Part shown: positions 39,298 to 50,279 of the stretch, piece after piece
Position numbering within the stretch: position 1 is the first letter of the stretch
Layout: each line of letters starts with the position of its first letter
Origin: an uncultured Mycoplasmatota bacterium
Lineage (GTDB): Bacteria; Bacillota_I; Bacilli_A; RF39; UBA660
DNA length: 54,882 bases
NCBI GenBank assembly: GCA_947576095.1
Contig: CANPPW010000004.1
Coordinates: 1-54,882, forward strand
Direction of reading: 5' to 3'
Notes under the pieces: model-generated
Told to the model about the DNA's origin: nothing
What the model saw: the letters and a program-made list of their open reading frames with translations, nothing else
Databases searched by the model: none
Translations under genes and position numbers: made by a program

Positions 39298-40863
39298 TTA
39301 CAGATTTTCAACCTGCTTTAATTTTTCTTCTTTATCAATTCTTAAAAATAATGGTTTTGGCTCATTTAATTTTAAATCAATATCAAGCCCATTAAAACCT
39401 TCTATAGAATCTATAAAACGATTATTTGTATTTAATTGACGAAATATTTCGTCAGCTGTATCTGGCAAAAAGGCTTGCAACAATATCGCAGAACTACGAA
39501 TAGATTCTAATAAATTATATAAAACGGTAGCAAGTCTTTCTTTTTTATTTTCTTCTTTTGCAAGAACCCAAGGCATTGTTTCATCAATATATTTATTACA
39601 TTTTCTTAAAACAGAAAAAATTTCATCCAATGCTTCTGCAACTTTTAGCTCATTCATAGCAGTATCTACTTTACCTGGCATCTGCCTTACAGCGGTAATC
39701 AAATCTTTATCTATTTCTTCAAAAGCAGTTGGTTTTACAATAATACCATCAAAATATTTATGGGCCATAGATATTGTCCTATTTACTAAATTTCCAAGGA
39801 TATTTGCTAAATCAGAATTGATTCTATCAATTAAAAGTTCATATGTTATTGTTCCATCATTTGCATAGGGAATTTCATGAAGTAAATAATAACGAATTTC
39901 ATCAATTCCAAATTGTTCTACTAAATCATCAGCATATAATACATTTCCTTTTGATTTGCTCATCTTATCATTTCCACATAAAACCCAAGGATGACCAAAG
40001 ATTTGTTTTGGTAATGGTAAATCCAGCGCCATTAACATAATAGGCCAATATATTGTATGAAATCTTAAAATATCTTTTCCTATCAAATGAATATCTGCAG
40101 GCCAATATTTATTAAATTCAGAAGACTGGATATCTTTATCTGGATCGTATCCCAAAAAGGTAATGTAATTAGAAAGTGCATCTATCCATACATAAATGAC
40201 ATGTGCATCATTAAAAGAAACAGGGATTCCCCATTTAAATGATGTTCTAGATACACATAAATCTTGTAAACCAGGTTTAATAAAATTATTCATAATTTCA
40301 TTTTTTCTAGATTCTGGTTTAATAAAATCAGGATGTGATTCAATATGTTCAATCAAACGGTCTGCATACTTGCTAAGACGGAAAAAGTATGCTTCTTCTT
40401 CTGCCTTATGTACATCTCTACCACAATCAGGACACTTGCCATCTACAAGCTGGGACTCAGTAAAAAAAGATTCACATGGTGTACAATATAATCCTTCATA
40501 TTTTCCAAGATAAATATCTCCTTGATCATATAATTTTTTGAAGATTTTTTGTACAATTTCTTCATGCGTTGGATTGGTGGTTCTTACAAATTTATCAAAA
40601 CTTGTATTTAGACAACTCCAAACTCGGCGTACTTCTAGCGAAATCTCATCAACAAATTCTTGGGGACTTTTCTTTACTATATCTGCTTTTTGTTCAATTT
40701 TTTGACCATGTTCATCTGTCCCTGTCTGAAAGTAAACATCATACCCCATTAATCTTTTGTATCTAGCAATCGCATCTGCTAAAACGATTTCATAGGTGTT
40801 TCCAATATGTGGTTTTCCTGATGTATAAGCAATAGCTGTAGAAATATAAAATGTTTTATTCAT
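39298..40863 (-). CDS. metG: Methionine--tRNA ligase (short form)
   Basis: HIGN, GTDEHG, YVWIDAL, KMSKS; no C-terminal OB domain. Confidence 0.97.
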   Translation of the reverse strand: MNKTFYISTAIAYTSGKPHIGNTYEIVLADAIARYKRLMGYDVYFQTGTDEHGQKIEQKADIVKKSPQEFVDEISLEVRRVWSCLNTSFDKFVRTTNPTHEEIVQKIFKKLYDQGDIYLGKYEGLYCTPCESFFTESQLVDGKCPDCGRDVHKAEEEAYFFRLSKYADRLIEHIESHPDFIKPESRKNEIMNNFIKPGLQDLCVSRTSFKWGIPVSFNDAHVIYVWIDALSNYITFLGYDPDKDIQSSEFNKYWPADIHLIGKDILRFHTIYWPIMLMALDLPLPKQIFGHPWVLCGNDKMSKSKGNVLYADDLVEQFGIDEIRYYLLHEIPYANDGTITYELLIDRINSDLANILGNLVNRTISMAHKYFDGIIVKPTAFEEIDKDLITAVRQMPGKVDTAMNELKVAEALDEIFSVLRKCNKYIDETMPWVLAKEENKKERLATVLYNLLESIRSSAILLQAFLPDTADEIFRQLNTNNRFIDSIEGFNGLDIDLKLNEPKPLFLRIDKEEKLKQVENL

Positions 40864-40912
40864 AATATTATCCTTACAATCTTATAGAAATAATCTACTG
40901 ATTGTTTCCTTT

Positions 40913-41398
40913 CTAAACACGTTTTTCATCTGTACTACCATATCCACCTTGGCGGATTATGGAAGGCTCTTTATCATCATCTGTAACAAAATATGGTACA
41001 AATATTCCCTGACAAATGGCCTGTCCCCTTTGTACTATAAAATCTTCTTTACCTTGGTTTTGTAAACATATAAATAAATGTCCTTCATTAGATTTATTAT
41101 TATAGTAATCAGCATCCACAATTCCCACCTGATTTGTAAATCTTATATTATATTTAAATCCCATACTACTACGCTCAACCATCAAGAGCATTTCACCTAG
41201 ATTCATAGAAACTTTAATTCCAAGAGGTATTTTCTTAATTTCATTAGGATGTAATGTAAAATCAAATAATGCCTCAAAATCATATCCTGCACTTTTCTTT
41301 GTTTTTCTTTCTGGAACAGAATAACTATTATAAAGTTCTAAATCATCTTTTACATCTTTCTGAAATTGATTAAAACTAATTTTTTCAAATTTTCTCAT
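40913..41398 (-). CDS. dut: Trimeric dUTPase
   Basis: SAGYD, RSS, GIVDADYY, QGIF, RQGGYGST. Confidence 0.93.
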   Translation of the reverse strand: MRKFEKISFNQFQKDVKDDLELYNSYSVPERKTKKSAGYDFEALFDFTLHPNEIKKIPLGIKVSMNLGEMLLMVERSSMGFKYNIRFTNQVGIVDADYYNNKSNEGHLFICLQNQGKEDFIVQRGQAICQGIFVPYFVTDDDKEPSIIRQGGYGSTDEKRV

Positions 41399-41431
41399 AC
41401 TTCCTCCTATAAGTAAAAAAATATTCTAAAT

Positions 41432-41602
41432 TAAGGACGAAAAACCGCGGTACCACCTTATTTCATAGAATATTCTTGCACTCTTTATATAACGCATGTA
41501 TGCGGCCATTGGCAACTCCAGAATCATTTAAAATAGTTTTCTTTGTTTATTTTCACCAATCATAAACTCTCTATAAAATTCCACTATTTCTCTTTCCTTC
41601 AT
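41432..41602 (-). promoter_or_regulatory. T-box riboswitch, probably Met-specific
   Basis: AAUAAGGUGGUACCGCG...CGUCCUU antiterminator; stem I AGAGA and GGUGAA motifs; candidate AUG specifier at 41525-41527. Confidence 0.88.
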
Positions 41603-41641
41603 AGTTTTTTAAACAATATAATTGTATCATATACTATCTTA

Positions 41642-42169
41642 TCAGGCAAGTTGTTTTTCTAAAAATGCAGAAATGATATTTGCAACACTTCCTTCTATAT
41701 CCCCTACAGCATTTTCTTTATCAAAAATAATAACCATGCCAACTGCATCACCATTTACTATAATTGTATTTAAAACATATGTCATTTCTTCTTCTTTATC
41801 ACAGATTTGTAAAGGTTTAAAATGTTTTTCTATTTTTTTCTCTCTCCTTCGAATAGACTCAATAATATCATTACCTAATACTTTCATAGCATATTGTTTT
41901 TTATCTTTTCCCGCAACCGCTAAAACTTTATCAGTGTCTGTAATCATGATATTCCTTTTAATATCTGTATAAATAGATTCTACTAAAACGCTTGCAAAAT
42001 CTTTGATTCCAATCATAGCAGAATGTTTTTTCAAAATAATTTTTTCATCTTCCCCAATATAAATTTCTAAATTATCACCTTCACGAATTCGTAAATTTGT
42101 CCGAATTTCTTTTGGAATTACTATTCTTCCTAATTCATCAATTCTTCTTATTACACCTGTTGCTTTCAT
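41642..42169 (-). CDS. spoVT: Stage V sporulation protein T
   Basis: MKATGVIRRIDELGRIVIPKEIR AbrB-type domain plus C-terminal GAF domain. Confidence 0.95.
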   Translation of the reverse strand: MKATGVIRRIDELGRIVIPKEIRTNLRIREGDNLEIYIGEDEKIILKKHSAMIGIKDFASVLVESIYTDIKRNIMITDTDKVLAVAGKDKKQYAMKVLGNDIIESIRRREKKIEKHFKPLQICDKEEEMTYVLNTIIVNGDAVGMVIIFDKENAVGDIEGSVANIISAFLEKQLA

Positions 42170-42278
42170 ATATTCCTCCTTATTATCTAGTTTGATATCT
42201 TTTAAAATTTTTATTCAAAATTTAATTTCTATAGAGGGAAAATCATGTTATAATATTAAGGCAAACAAGGAGGAATAT

Positions 42279-43898
42279 ATGGAAAAAGTGCTTATTTTTG
42301 GACATAAAAAACCGGATACCGATAGTGTATGTTCAGCAATCTCATTGGCTTATTTAAAAAACAAATTAGGAATAAATGCAGAAGCCCGTATTTTGGGAGA
42401 TATGAATAAAGAAACTAAATTTGTTCTAGATTATTTTAAAGTAAACAAACCAGCCTATTTAAATGATGTTAAATTACAAATTAAAGATGTGAACTATTTA
42501 AAAAATTATTATAATTATGAAAAAGATTCGATTCATAAAGGATATATGACTATGACTAAACATGGGATTAGTACAACACTGGTAGTTGATGAAAATAAAA
42601 AATTCAAAGGAATCGTAGGTATGAAGGATATTGCAAAAGATCAAATATCTGGTAAAATCAATGTACTAGACACTTCCTATGATAATATATTAAAAGTAAT
42701 AGAAGGAGAAGAAGTGCTACGTTTTGATGAAGAAATCAATGGAAATATTATGTCAGCTTCTTACAAAAGTACTAGAATTATTGAAAGTGTAGAAATGGAT
42801 ACAGATACAATTTTAATTATAGGAGATAGACATAGTGTAATTGAATATGCCTTAAGTAAAAAAGTTAAATTAATTATTCTAACAGGAAATTCTATTATAA
42901 AAGATGAACATCTTCAGATTGCGAAGGAACAAAAAATCAATATTATTCGAACTGCATTTGATACCTTTAAAGTCAATAAGGTCATTAATCTATGTAACTA
43001 TATTTATAATATCATTCGTAATACTAGTATTACATGTATGAATGAAAATGAATATGTAACAGACTTTATCGACCATGCAAACCGAACAAAATTCAGTTAT
43101 TATCCTGTTGTAGGCAAAAATAATATTTGTAAAGGAATTTTAAGACTTTCTGATTTAGGTGAAAAAGAAAGAAAAAAAGTCATTTTAGTAGATCATAACT
43201 CTTATGATCAAAGTGTAGATGGACTTGATGAAGCAGATATTATAGAAATTATTGATCATCATAATATTGGAACAGTAGGAACTAAAACACCTATTAATTT
43301 TAGAAATATGCCAGTTGGAAGTTCTTGTTCAATTGTTTATATGCTTTATAAAGAAAACCATATAGAAATACCTAAAAATATAGCAGGACTTTTATTATCT
43401 GGAATTCTATCTGATACATTAATATTAAAATCACCTACTACAACGGAAATAGATAAATCTATCGCCATGGAACTTTCTAATCTGATTGATGTAGATTATG
43501 AAAAATATGGAATGGAAATGTACCAGGCAGGGACTTCTCTTAAAGGAAGATCAAAAGAAGATATTACATATACAGATTTTAAAATATATCCTGTTGATGA
43601 AAGAAAAATGGGAATTGGTCAAATATTTACTGTAAATATTAATGAAATTTTGGATGAAAAAGAAGAATATATAAAAATCCTAGAAAATATTGCTGAAAAT
43701 AATAATTATGTTCTTTGTATATTAGTCATAACAGATATTATTAAAAATGGTTCTTATATCTTATATACAGAAAAAGCAAAACATAACTTAGAAAACGCAT
43801 TTCGTATTGATCATTTAACACAAGGACATTATATGCAAGATGTGGTATCTAGAAAAAAACAAGTATTACCTAATATTATTGATGTTTTAACCAATTAA
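42279..43898 (+). CDS. ppaC: Mn-dependent inorganic pyrophosphatase with CBS/DRTGG insert
   Basis: GHKKPDTDS, LVDHN, IDHH, SDTL..KSPT, SRKKQ; AAGGAGG RBS before 42279. Confidence 0.95.
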   Translation: MEKVLIFGHKKPDTDSVCSAISLAYLKNKLGINAEARILGDMNKETKFVLDYFKVNKPAYLNDVKLQIKDVNYLKNYYNYEKDSIHKGYMTMTKHGISTTLVVDENKKFKGIVGMKDIAKDQISGKINVLDTSYDNILKVIEGEEVLRFDEEINGNIMSASYKSTRIIESVEMDTDTILIIGDRHSVIEYALSKKVKLIILTGNSIIKDEHLQIAKEQKINIIRTAFDTFKVNKVINLCNYIYNIIRNTSITCMNENEYVTDFIDHANRTKFSYYPVVGKNNICKGILRLSDLGEKERKKVILVDHNSYDQSVDGLDEADIIEIIDHHNIGTVGTKTPINFRNMPVGSSCSIVYMLYKENHIEIPKNIAGLLLSGILSDTLILKSPTTTEIDKSIAMELSNLIDVDYEKYGMEMYQAGTSLKGRSKEDITYTDFKIYPVDERKMGIGQIFTVNINEILDEKEEYIKILENIAENNNYVLCILVITDIIKNGSYILYTEKAKHNLENAFRIDHLTQGHYMQDVVSRKKQVLPNIIDVLTN

Positions 43899-43939
43899 AA
43901 AAAGACAAATTAAGATAAAAATTGATTTGTCTTTTTTTT
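43897..43939. terminator. Bidirectional terminator between ppaC and mfd
   Basis: A-tract-GACAAAT...ATTTGTC-T-tract. Confidence 0.7.
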
Positions 43940-44038
43940 CGAATATATGTATTTTTATAAAATGATATAGTATTTAAAATTTATTTCAATACTGAATAAA
44001 AAAGTAATATATTCACTTTAAATATACTACTTTTAAAA

Positions 44039-47000
44039 TTATTTTGTTAAACAATTTTTAATAATATCTAAAAGTTCAATTAAATAATAAATAAAATGTT
44101 TATCTAGTTTTACAATATCTAAAATAATAATTAATTTATTTCCACGCATTGAAAATCGAAACATACGAGTTAAAGTCGATGCCTCAACAAATAATTTTTG
44201 ACCATCTAATTGATCAGTAATTTCCTTAGGCAAAATCAATTCAATAGAATTTTTTGTTTGTTTTATATTTTCAATATGTAACTTTTTCGCTAATTTTTCA
44301 AACCATTCCTCATACATGTAAACCAACATTTGTTCATTGATCTTACCAAAACGATCTTCTAATTCTCCTTTAATATCATTGAGTTTTTCTCTAGAATCAA
44401 TTTCATTAATTTTCTTATGAATCTCTATTTTTAAAGATTCATCTGATACATATTGATTATCAATACTTGTCTCTACTTCTAATAGTGATTGTTCATCTTG
44501 AGGTTCTGTCACCACTTTATTTCCCTTTAATCGTTCTACTTCTTCATTTAACATATTTAAAAACATCTCTACACCCACAGAATCAACAAATCCTGCCTGT
44601 TCACTTCCTAAAATATCCCCTGCACCACGAATCGAAAGATCTCGAACTGCTATCGCAAATCCACTTCCCAGTTCCGTAAATTCTTTAATCACTTTCAGCC
44701 TCTTTAAAGCCACCTCAGATAAAATTTTTCTTTTATCATACATTAAATAACAATAAGCAATTTTATTGGTACGACCTACTCTTCCTCTAATTTGATATAA
44801 CTGTGATAATCCAAAGCGATCTGCATCCATAATGAGTAATGTGTTTACATTAGCAATATCAATTCCCGTTTCAATAATCGTCGTACAAACCAAAATATCA
44901 TACTGATGATTCATAAAAGATTCCATTACATTTTCTAATTCATGTTTACCCATTTGACCATGTGCATAAATAATCCTTGCATCTTTTACTAAGTTTTGGA
45001 TTCTTCTAACTTCACTTTCTAGTTGATCAACATGATTATATAAAATAAATACTTGCCCTCCCCTTGATAATTCTTTATAAAGAGCATCTTTTATAATCTG
45101 ATCATTTTCCGCTAAAACATAAGTTTGAACTGGATACCTTTGAGCTGGAGGTGTTTGCAATAAAGATAAACTTCTAAATCCTGACATAGACATTTGCAAT
45201 GTTCTTGGAATAGGAGTAGCAGATAGGGTTAAAACATCTATATTATGTCTATACTGTTTAAACTTTTCCTTATGTTTTACCCCAAAACGTTGTTCCTCAT
45301 CTATAACAAGAAGTCCTAAATTCTTAAATACTATATCTTTTCCTAAAAGCTTATGTGTCCCTATGATAATATCTATTTTTCCATCCTTTAATCGATTTAA
45401 TATTTCATGCATTTTATTACCTGTAATAAATCGATTTAAAAGAGCCACTTCTACTCCAAAATGTTCAAATCTATCTAATGCGTTTTGATAATGTTGATTG
45501 GATAAAATTGTTGTTGGACAAAGCATAGCAACTTGTTTTCCTGACATTACAGCTTTAAACATAGCTCGAAAAGCAATTTCGGTTTTTCCGAATCCAACAT
45601 CACCACATACAAGCCTATCCATCGGTTTTTCCTTCTCCATATCTGATTTGATTTCAGCTATAACCTTCAATTGATCCTCTGTAGGTGTATATGGAAATTC
45701 CGATTCAAATTGATATTGCTCTTTGGTATCTTCCAAAAAAGCATATCCTTTTGTTTGCTCTCTCTTTGTATATAAATCAAAAAGATCAGAAGCAATACTT
45801 TCTATTTTCTTCTTAACCCTTATTTTTGTTTTTTGCCAATCACTAGTTCCTAATTTATTTAATTTTGGTGTAAGATTCTCATTAGATGAATATTTATGAA
45901 TCAACTCTATTTTTTCAACTGGAATATATAACTTATCACTTCCAGCATATTCAATCATCAAATAATCCTTTTTTAGTCCATTTTTTAAAAGGGTTTTTAT
46001 TCCAGCGTATCTACCAATTCCATGGATACCATGAACAACATAATCCCCTATATTTAATTTATTAATATCCCTAATTTTTGCACCTAATTTAAATTTTGTT
46101 TTATATAATATTTTACTACTTTTCTTATTAAATATTTCCCTTTCAGTAATAATTACATAATTTTCAAGAACAAATCCATATGACATTTTTAAAACAAATA
46201 AATTAATTTTATTTTCTTCTATATGATTTAAATCTGTAAAAATGATATGTTCATTATTTAGTTGTTCAATAATCTTGTTAGCACTATATCTATTTTCTAC
46301 ACAAATACAAACTATTTTATTTTGTTTTAAATAGGAATTCAATCTTTTATTAATAGCCAAAGGATTCTGATCAAAAGGCTCTAGTTCTTTTCCATTATAA
46401 TTAAAAACATTCTCAAAAGAATTAGCATGATCTAAAAAAGATAGATATATAACAGACTCATCAAGTAAATCTTCTAGATTATTCATATATTGTGTATTGC
46501 CATCTAAATTTTCACCTAAACTATATTCATTCATTTCTTCTTTAAGTAATTGATATCCTACTTTAATATCATGAATTTCATTCATAATTATTAAAGGTTT
46601 TTCTAAATATCCAGTGATATTAGAAACATCTGTAAATTTTTTTAAATTTTTTTGTTTCATTTCCTCAAAAGGAATATCTTGATCTACTATAAATTCTGTA
46701 TTAGAAGTGATTATAATTTGTTCTAATTCTTGTTTGGTTAATTGGGAATTAATATCAAAAGTTTTAATAGTATCAATTGTATCACCCCAAAAAGAAATAC
46801 GAATGGGATAGTCCTCATTGACAGGGAACACATCTAATACAAATCCTCTTAAAGCAATTTCTCCTGTTTTATTAACAATACTTTCTTTACTATACCCTAA
46901 TAAAAATAAATCTTTTACTAATTTTGAATAACTATAATCTTCCCCTTGTTTTAAAATAATTTGATGTTTTTGATAAACTTCTAACATAGGAAGAAATCTT

Positions 47001-47326
47001 AAATAGCCCATTAAATTCGTAATTACAATTTGATGTGAATCCACAAGAAGGGTATTTAAAGTTTCTAATCTTTTATATTTTAAATCTGGAGAAATAGCAA
47101 GTGCTTCACTTGTTAAAAAATCATCCATTGGAAAAAGTAAGATTTGATCTGTATAATTTGCAAGTATTTGATAAAAATGATTCGCTTCATAAAGGGAATT
47201 CGTAACCAATAGTATACTGCTTTCTGATAGGAATTTTTTATAAATATAAAGGCATTTCATTTCATCAGTTAGTCCTGCTACAAAAGTTTCCTTATTTTCA
47301 TTCAATAAATGCAAAAATGGATTCAT
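44039..47326 (-). CDS. mfd: Transcription-repair coupling factor
   Basis: GDYVVH..HGIG, GDVGFGKTE, DEEQRFG, QIRGRVGR. Confidence 0.97.
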   Translation of the reverse strand: MNPFLHLLNENKETFVAGLTDEMKCLYIYKKFLSESSILLVTNSLYEANHFYQILANYTDQILLFPMDDFLTSEALAISPDLKYKRLETLNTLLVDSHQIVITNLMGYLRFLPMLEVYQKHQIILKQGEDYSYSKLVKDLFLLGYSKESIVNKTGEIALRGFVLDVFPVNEDYPIRISFWGDTIDTIKTFDINSQLTKQELEQIIITSNTEFIVDQDIPFEEMKQKNLKKFTDVSNITGYLEKPLIIMNEIHDIKVGYQLLKEEMNEYSLGENLDGNTQYMNNLEDLLDESVIYLSFLDHANSFENVFNYNGKELEPFDQNPLAINKRLNSYLKQNKIVCICVENRYSANKIIEQLNNEHIIFTDLNHIEENKINLFVLKMSYGFVLENYVIITEREIFNKKSSKILYKTKFKLGAKIRDINKLNIGDYVVHGIHGIGRYAGIKTLLKNGLKKDYLMIEYAGSDKLYIPVEKIELIHKYSSNENLTPKLNKLGTSDWQKTKIRVKKKIESIASDLFDLYTKREQTKGYAFLEDTKEQYQFESEFPYTPTEDQLKVIAEIKSDMEKEKPMDRLVCGDVGFGKTEIAFRAMFKAVMSGKQVAMLCPTTILSNQHYQNALDRFEHFGVEVALLNRFITGNKMHEILNRLKDGKIDIIIGTHKLLGKDIVFKNLGLLVIDEEQRFGVKHKEKFKQYRHNIDVLTLSATPIPRTLQMSMSGFRSLSLLQTPPAQRYPVQTYVLAENDQIIKDALYKELSRGGQVFILYNHVDQLESEVRRIQNLVKDARIIYAHGQMGKHELENVMESFMNHQYDILVCTTIIETGIDIANVNTLLIMDADRFGLSQLYQIRGRVGRTNKIAYCYLMYDKRKILSEVALKRLKVIKEFTELGSGFAIAVRDLSIRGAGDILGSEQAGFVDSVGVEMFLNMLNEEVERLKGNKVVTEPQDEQSLLEVETSIDNQYVSDESLKIEIHKKINEIDSREKLNDIKGELEDRFGKINEQMLVYMYEEWFEKLAKKLHIENIKQTKNSIELILPKEITDQLDGQKLFVEASTLTRMFRFSMRGNKLIIILDIVKLDKHFIYYLIELLDIIKNCLTK

Positions 47327-47365
47327 TTTCCTTCCTCCTCACATAGAAAAGGATACATTTGTACC

Positions 47366-47926
47366 CTACCTTCTATTATATTTATTCATCAAAAAATCAA
47401 AAGATTTATCCATATAATCTTTAAAAAGATTGGGAATAATATCTAAAATTTGATCAATTATTTTTTTATCATCTATAGACAATGAACTCAACACATAATT
47501 CTTCGTATCTATATTTTTATCATTCGAAATACCAATTTTTAATCTTTTATAATTTTTTGTTTTTAAATGCAATTCAATATTTTTTAATCCATTATGTCCA
47601 CCAGAAGAACCACTTATTTTCAATTTTATTTTACCTATATTTAAATCTAAATCATCATGAATAATAAAAATATCATCTATATCAATTTTATAAAATCTAA
47701 CAAAAGAAGCAATCACTTCACCTGATAAATTGATATATTTTTGAGGTTTCAATACAATTATTTTCTCACCATTATATACTGTTTGAAAATAAATTCCACC
47801 AAATTTTTCTTTATTAAAAGTTTCATTCAAATAAGTGGCCAGTCTATCAACTGCCATAAAACCAATATTATGCCTTGTTTGTTCATACTCTTTCCCTTTA
47901 TTTCCAAGACCTACAATTAACTTCAT
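47366..47926 (-). CDS. pth: Peptidyl-tRNA hydrolase
   Basis: GLGN, TRHNIGF, HDDLD, GGHNG. Confidence 0.97.
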   Translation of the reverse strand: MKLIVGLGNKGKEYEQTRHNIGFMAVDRLATYLNETFNKEKFGGIYFQTVYNGEKIIVLKPQKYINLSGEVIASFVRFYKIDIDDIFIIHDDLDLNIGKIKLKISGSSGGHNGLKNIELHLKTKNYKRLKIGISNDKNIDTKNYVLSSLSIDDKKIIDQILDIIPNLFKDYMDKSFDFLMNKYNRR

Positions 47927-47927
47927 A

Positions 47928-48770
47928 TTATTCTCCTTTACTATGATAAATATGATAAATCTCCGTTTTAGGTACCTTTCTATCTTTGGCTACCTTTTTG
48001 ATAGCCTCCTTACTATCTAATCCTTCTTTAATGTAAAGATTGACATGTTCTATAATTGTCAAATGATTATAACTTTTACTAGCTGTATTTCCCTCAACTA
48101 TAATTACAAATTCGCCTTTTGCACCATGTATTTTTTCTTCTATTTCTTGAAGCGTTCCTCTATATATTTCTTCAAACTTTTTTGTTATTTCCCGGGAAAT
48201 ACTAGCACGGCGATTTCCTAAAATTGCTATCATATTTTGTAACGTTTTTTCAATACGATGAGGAGCTTCATAAAAAATAAGAGTTGCTTTTATTTCACAA
48301 AGAGATTCTAACTCTTTTTTTCTTTTGGCTTCTTTATTATTTAAAAAACCATAAAAATAAAATTTCTCAGCACTAATACCAGAAGCAATAAGGGCAGGAA
48401 CAAAAGCGGTTGCTCCTGGCAACGCAATCACGTGAAAATGATGATCAATTGCTGCTTTGACAAGTATACTTCCTGGATCACTAATAACAGGAGTTCCTCT
48501 ATCTGTAACAATTCCTACATTCATTCCCTGTTTTAAAAATTCTAATAATTTTGCCTGATTCAGCTCTTCATTAAATTTATGACTTGCAATACATCTTTTT
48601 TTTATACCTAAAAAATGCAAAAGTTCAGAAGTAACTCTTGTATCTTCTGAAAATAGGACATCTACTTCTTTTAATATTTGAACAGCACGTATAGTTATAT
48701 CTTGCATATTCCCAATTGGTGTTGGAATTAAATAAAGGGCATTTTCTCCATTATAACTTTTCTGATTCAT
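47928..48770 (-). CDS. rsmI: 16S rRNA C1402 2'-O-methyltransferase
   Basis: PTPIGN, EDTR, GTPVISDPG, REITKKFEE. Confidence 0.96.
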   Translation of the reverse strand: MNQKSYNGENALYLIPTPIGNMQDITIRAVQILKEVDVLFSEDTRVTSELLHFLGIKKRCIASHKFNEELNQAKLLEFLKQGMNVGIVTDRGTPVISDPGSILVKAAIDHHFHVIALPGATAFVPALIASGISAEKFYFYGFLNNKEAKRKKELESLCEIKATLIFYEAPHRIEKTLQNMIAILGNRRASISREITKKFEEIYRGTLQEIEEKIHGAKGEFVIIVEGNTASKSYNHLTIIEHVNLYIKEGLDSKEAIKKVAKDRKVPKTEIYHIYHSKGE

Positions 48771-48783
48771 CTTTATCTCCTCC

Positions 48784-49500
48784 TCAAAAATAGGCCATTA
48801 TTTCCTTAGTATATTCACCTTTTTCATCATACACATAAATAGGATCCATAATTTTAAGGCCTGGTCTTCCATTTTTACTACCTTCTATTAAAAGAATATT
48901 AGCCTCTTTCCCTTTATAAGGATATACAAATTGTATTTTTTTAGGTTCTATATGATTTTTTTTCATACATTCAATAATTGAAATAAGTCTATCAGGCCTA
49001 TGTACCAAAGATAGAAATCCATTATTTTTTAATATTTTTCGAGAAATCTTACAAAGATCATCTAATGTGAGAGATAATTCATGTCTAGCTATACTTTTCT
49101 CCTTAGATGCATTTAAATAAGAATCACTTTGTACTGAAAAAAAGGGAGGATTGCAAATAATTAAATCATAAGTATCACTTTCTATCTGTCTATACCATAA
49201 ACGAACGTCCTCACATATTATAGATATCTGTGAATCAAGTCCATTTTTCTGAATGGATTTTTTTGCGAGATTTGCACTTTCTTTTTGAATTTCAATCCCA
49301 GTGATATTAGCTTTAGTTTTAGTACTTAATAATAAAGGAATGGGAGCATTTCCTGTTCCAATATCTAGAATTTTTTTTTGTCTATATTTCAATGTGGCAA
49401 ATGATGCCAATAAAACAGAATCTAAAGAAAATTTAAATCCTGTTTTACTTTGATAAATTTTTAAATTTTTATAATTTAATAATTGATTGAGTTCTTCCAT
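48784..49500 (-). CDS. tRNA1(Val) A37 N6-methyltransferase (YabB-like)
   Basis: DSVLL, LDIGTGN, NPPF, ARHE. Confidence 0.9.
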   Translation of the reverse strand: MEELNQLLNYKNLKIYQSKTGFKFSLDSVLLASFATLKYRQKKILDIGTGNAPIPLLLSTKTKANITGIEIQKESANLAKKSIQKNGLDSQISIICEDVRLWYRQIESDTYDLIICNPPFFSVQSDSYLNASKEKSIARHELSLTLDDLCKISRKILKNNGFLSLVHRPDRLISIIECMKKNHIEPKKIQFVYPYKGKEANILLIEGSKNGRPGLKIMDPIYVYDEKGEYTKEIMAYF

Positions 49501-50279
49501 TAATCCTTAATTACCTCTATGATACCATAGTCTTTTACTTCTACTAGATATTTTCTATTTAATATATCTACAAATGTCACTTTTCCTTTTCCCTTTTCTG
49601 TATCTATAATTTGCCCTATTTGAGGAAGATTTTTTTTACAACACTTATAACAGTCATCCTCATATTTCAAACAACACATAAGTCTTCCACAAACACCATT
49701 TATTTTATTGGGATTTAAAGAGATATTTTGATTTTTAGCCATTGAAATAGAAACAGAATCAAAATTTTTTAAAAATCTAGCACAACACATAGATCTTCCA
49801 CATAATCCAATCCCCCCTACTTCTTTAGCTTTATCACGAATTCCAATTTGCCTAAGTTCAATTCTTGTTTTGTAAATGGCTGCAAGATCTTTAGCAAGAT
49901 CTCTGAAGTCAATTCTATTATCTGCAACAAAGCGAAATATAAGTTGATTTCTATCAAATGTATAAAATGCATCTACAATTTGCATATTTAAATTTCTTTC
50001 TTCAACAATTTTTTTACATGTTATGAAAGCATTTTTAGCATCCTTAACATTTTTTAAATGTGTTTTAAAATCATTTTTTGTGGAAATTCGAATAATTTTA
50101 TAATATTTCTTACTATTTATCTCATCTATTTTTTTTATATCTGTAACAACTTTACCAAACTGCAAACCTCTATCTGTATCAACAATAACAGTAATATTCT
50201 TTTTCAGTCTAAGTTTATCTACTAAACAGTATGAAATTTTACCATTCTCTTTAAAGGTTACTCCTACTATTTTCTGCAT
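49500..50279 (-). CDS. ricT: PSP1-domain protein YaaT/RicT
   Basis: RIDFR.L, RIELRQIG.RD, CGR..CC, CGRLMCCL.YE. Confidence 0.94.
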   Translation of the reverse strand: MQKIVGVTFKENGKISYCLVDKLRLKKNITVIVDTDRGLQFGKVVTDIKKIDEINSKKYYKIIRISTKNDFKTHLKNVKDAKNAFITCKKIVEERNLNMQIVDAFYTFDRNQLIFRFVADNRIDFRDLAKDLAAIYKTRIELRQIGIRDKAKEVGGIGLCGRSMCCARFLKNFDSVSISMAKNQNISLNPNKINGVCGRLMCCLKYEDDCYKCCKKNLPQIGQIIDTEKGKGKVTFVDILNRKYLVEVKDYGIIEVIKD

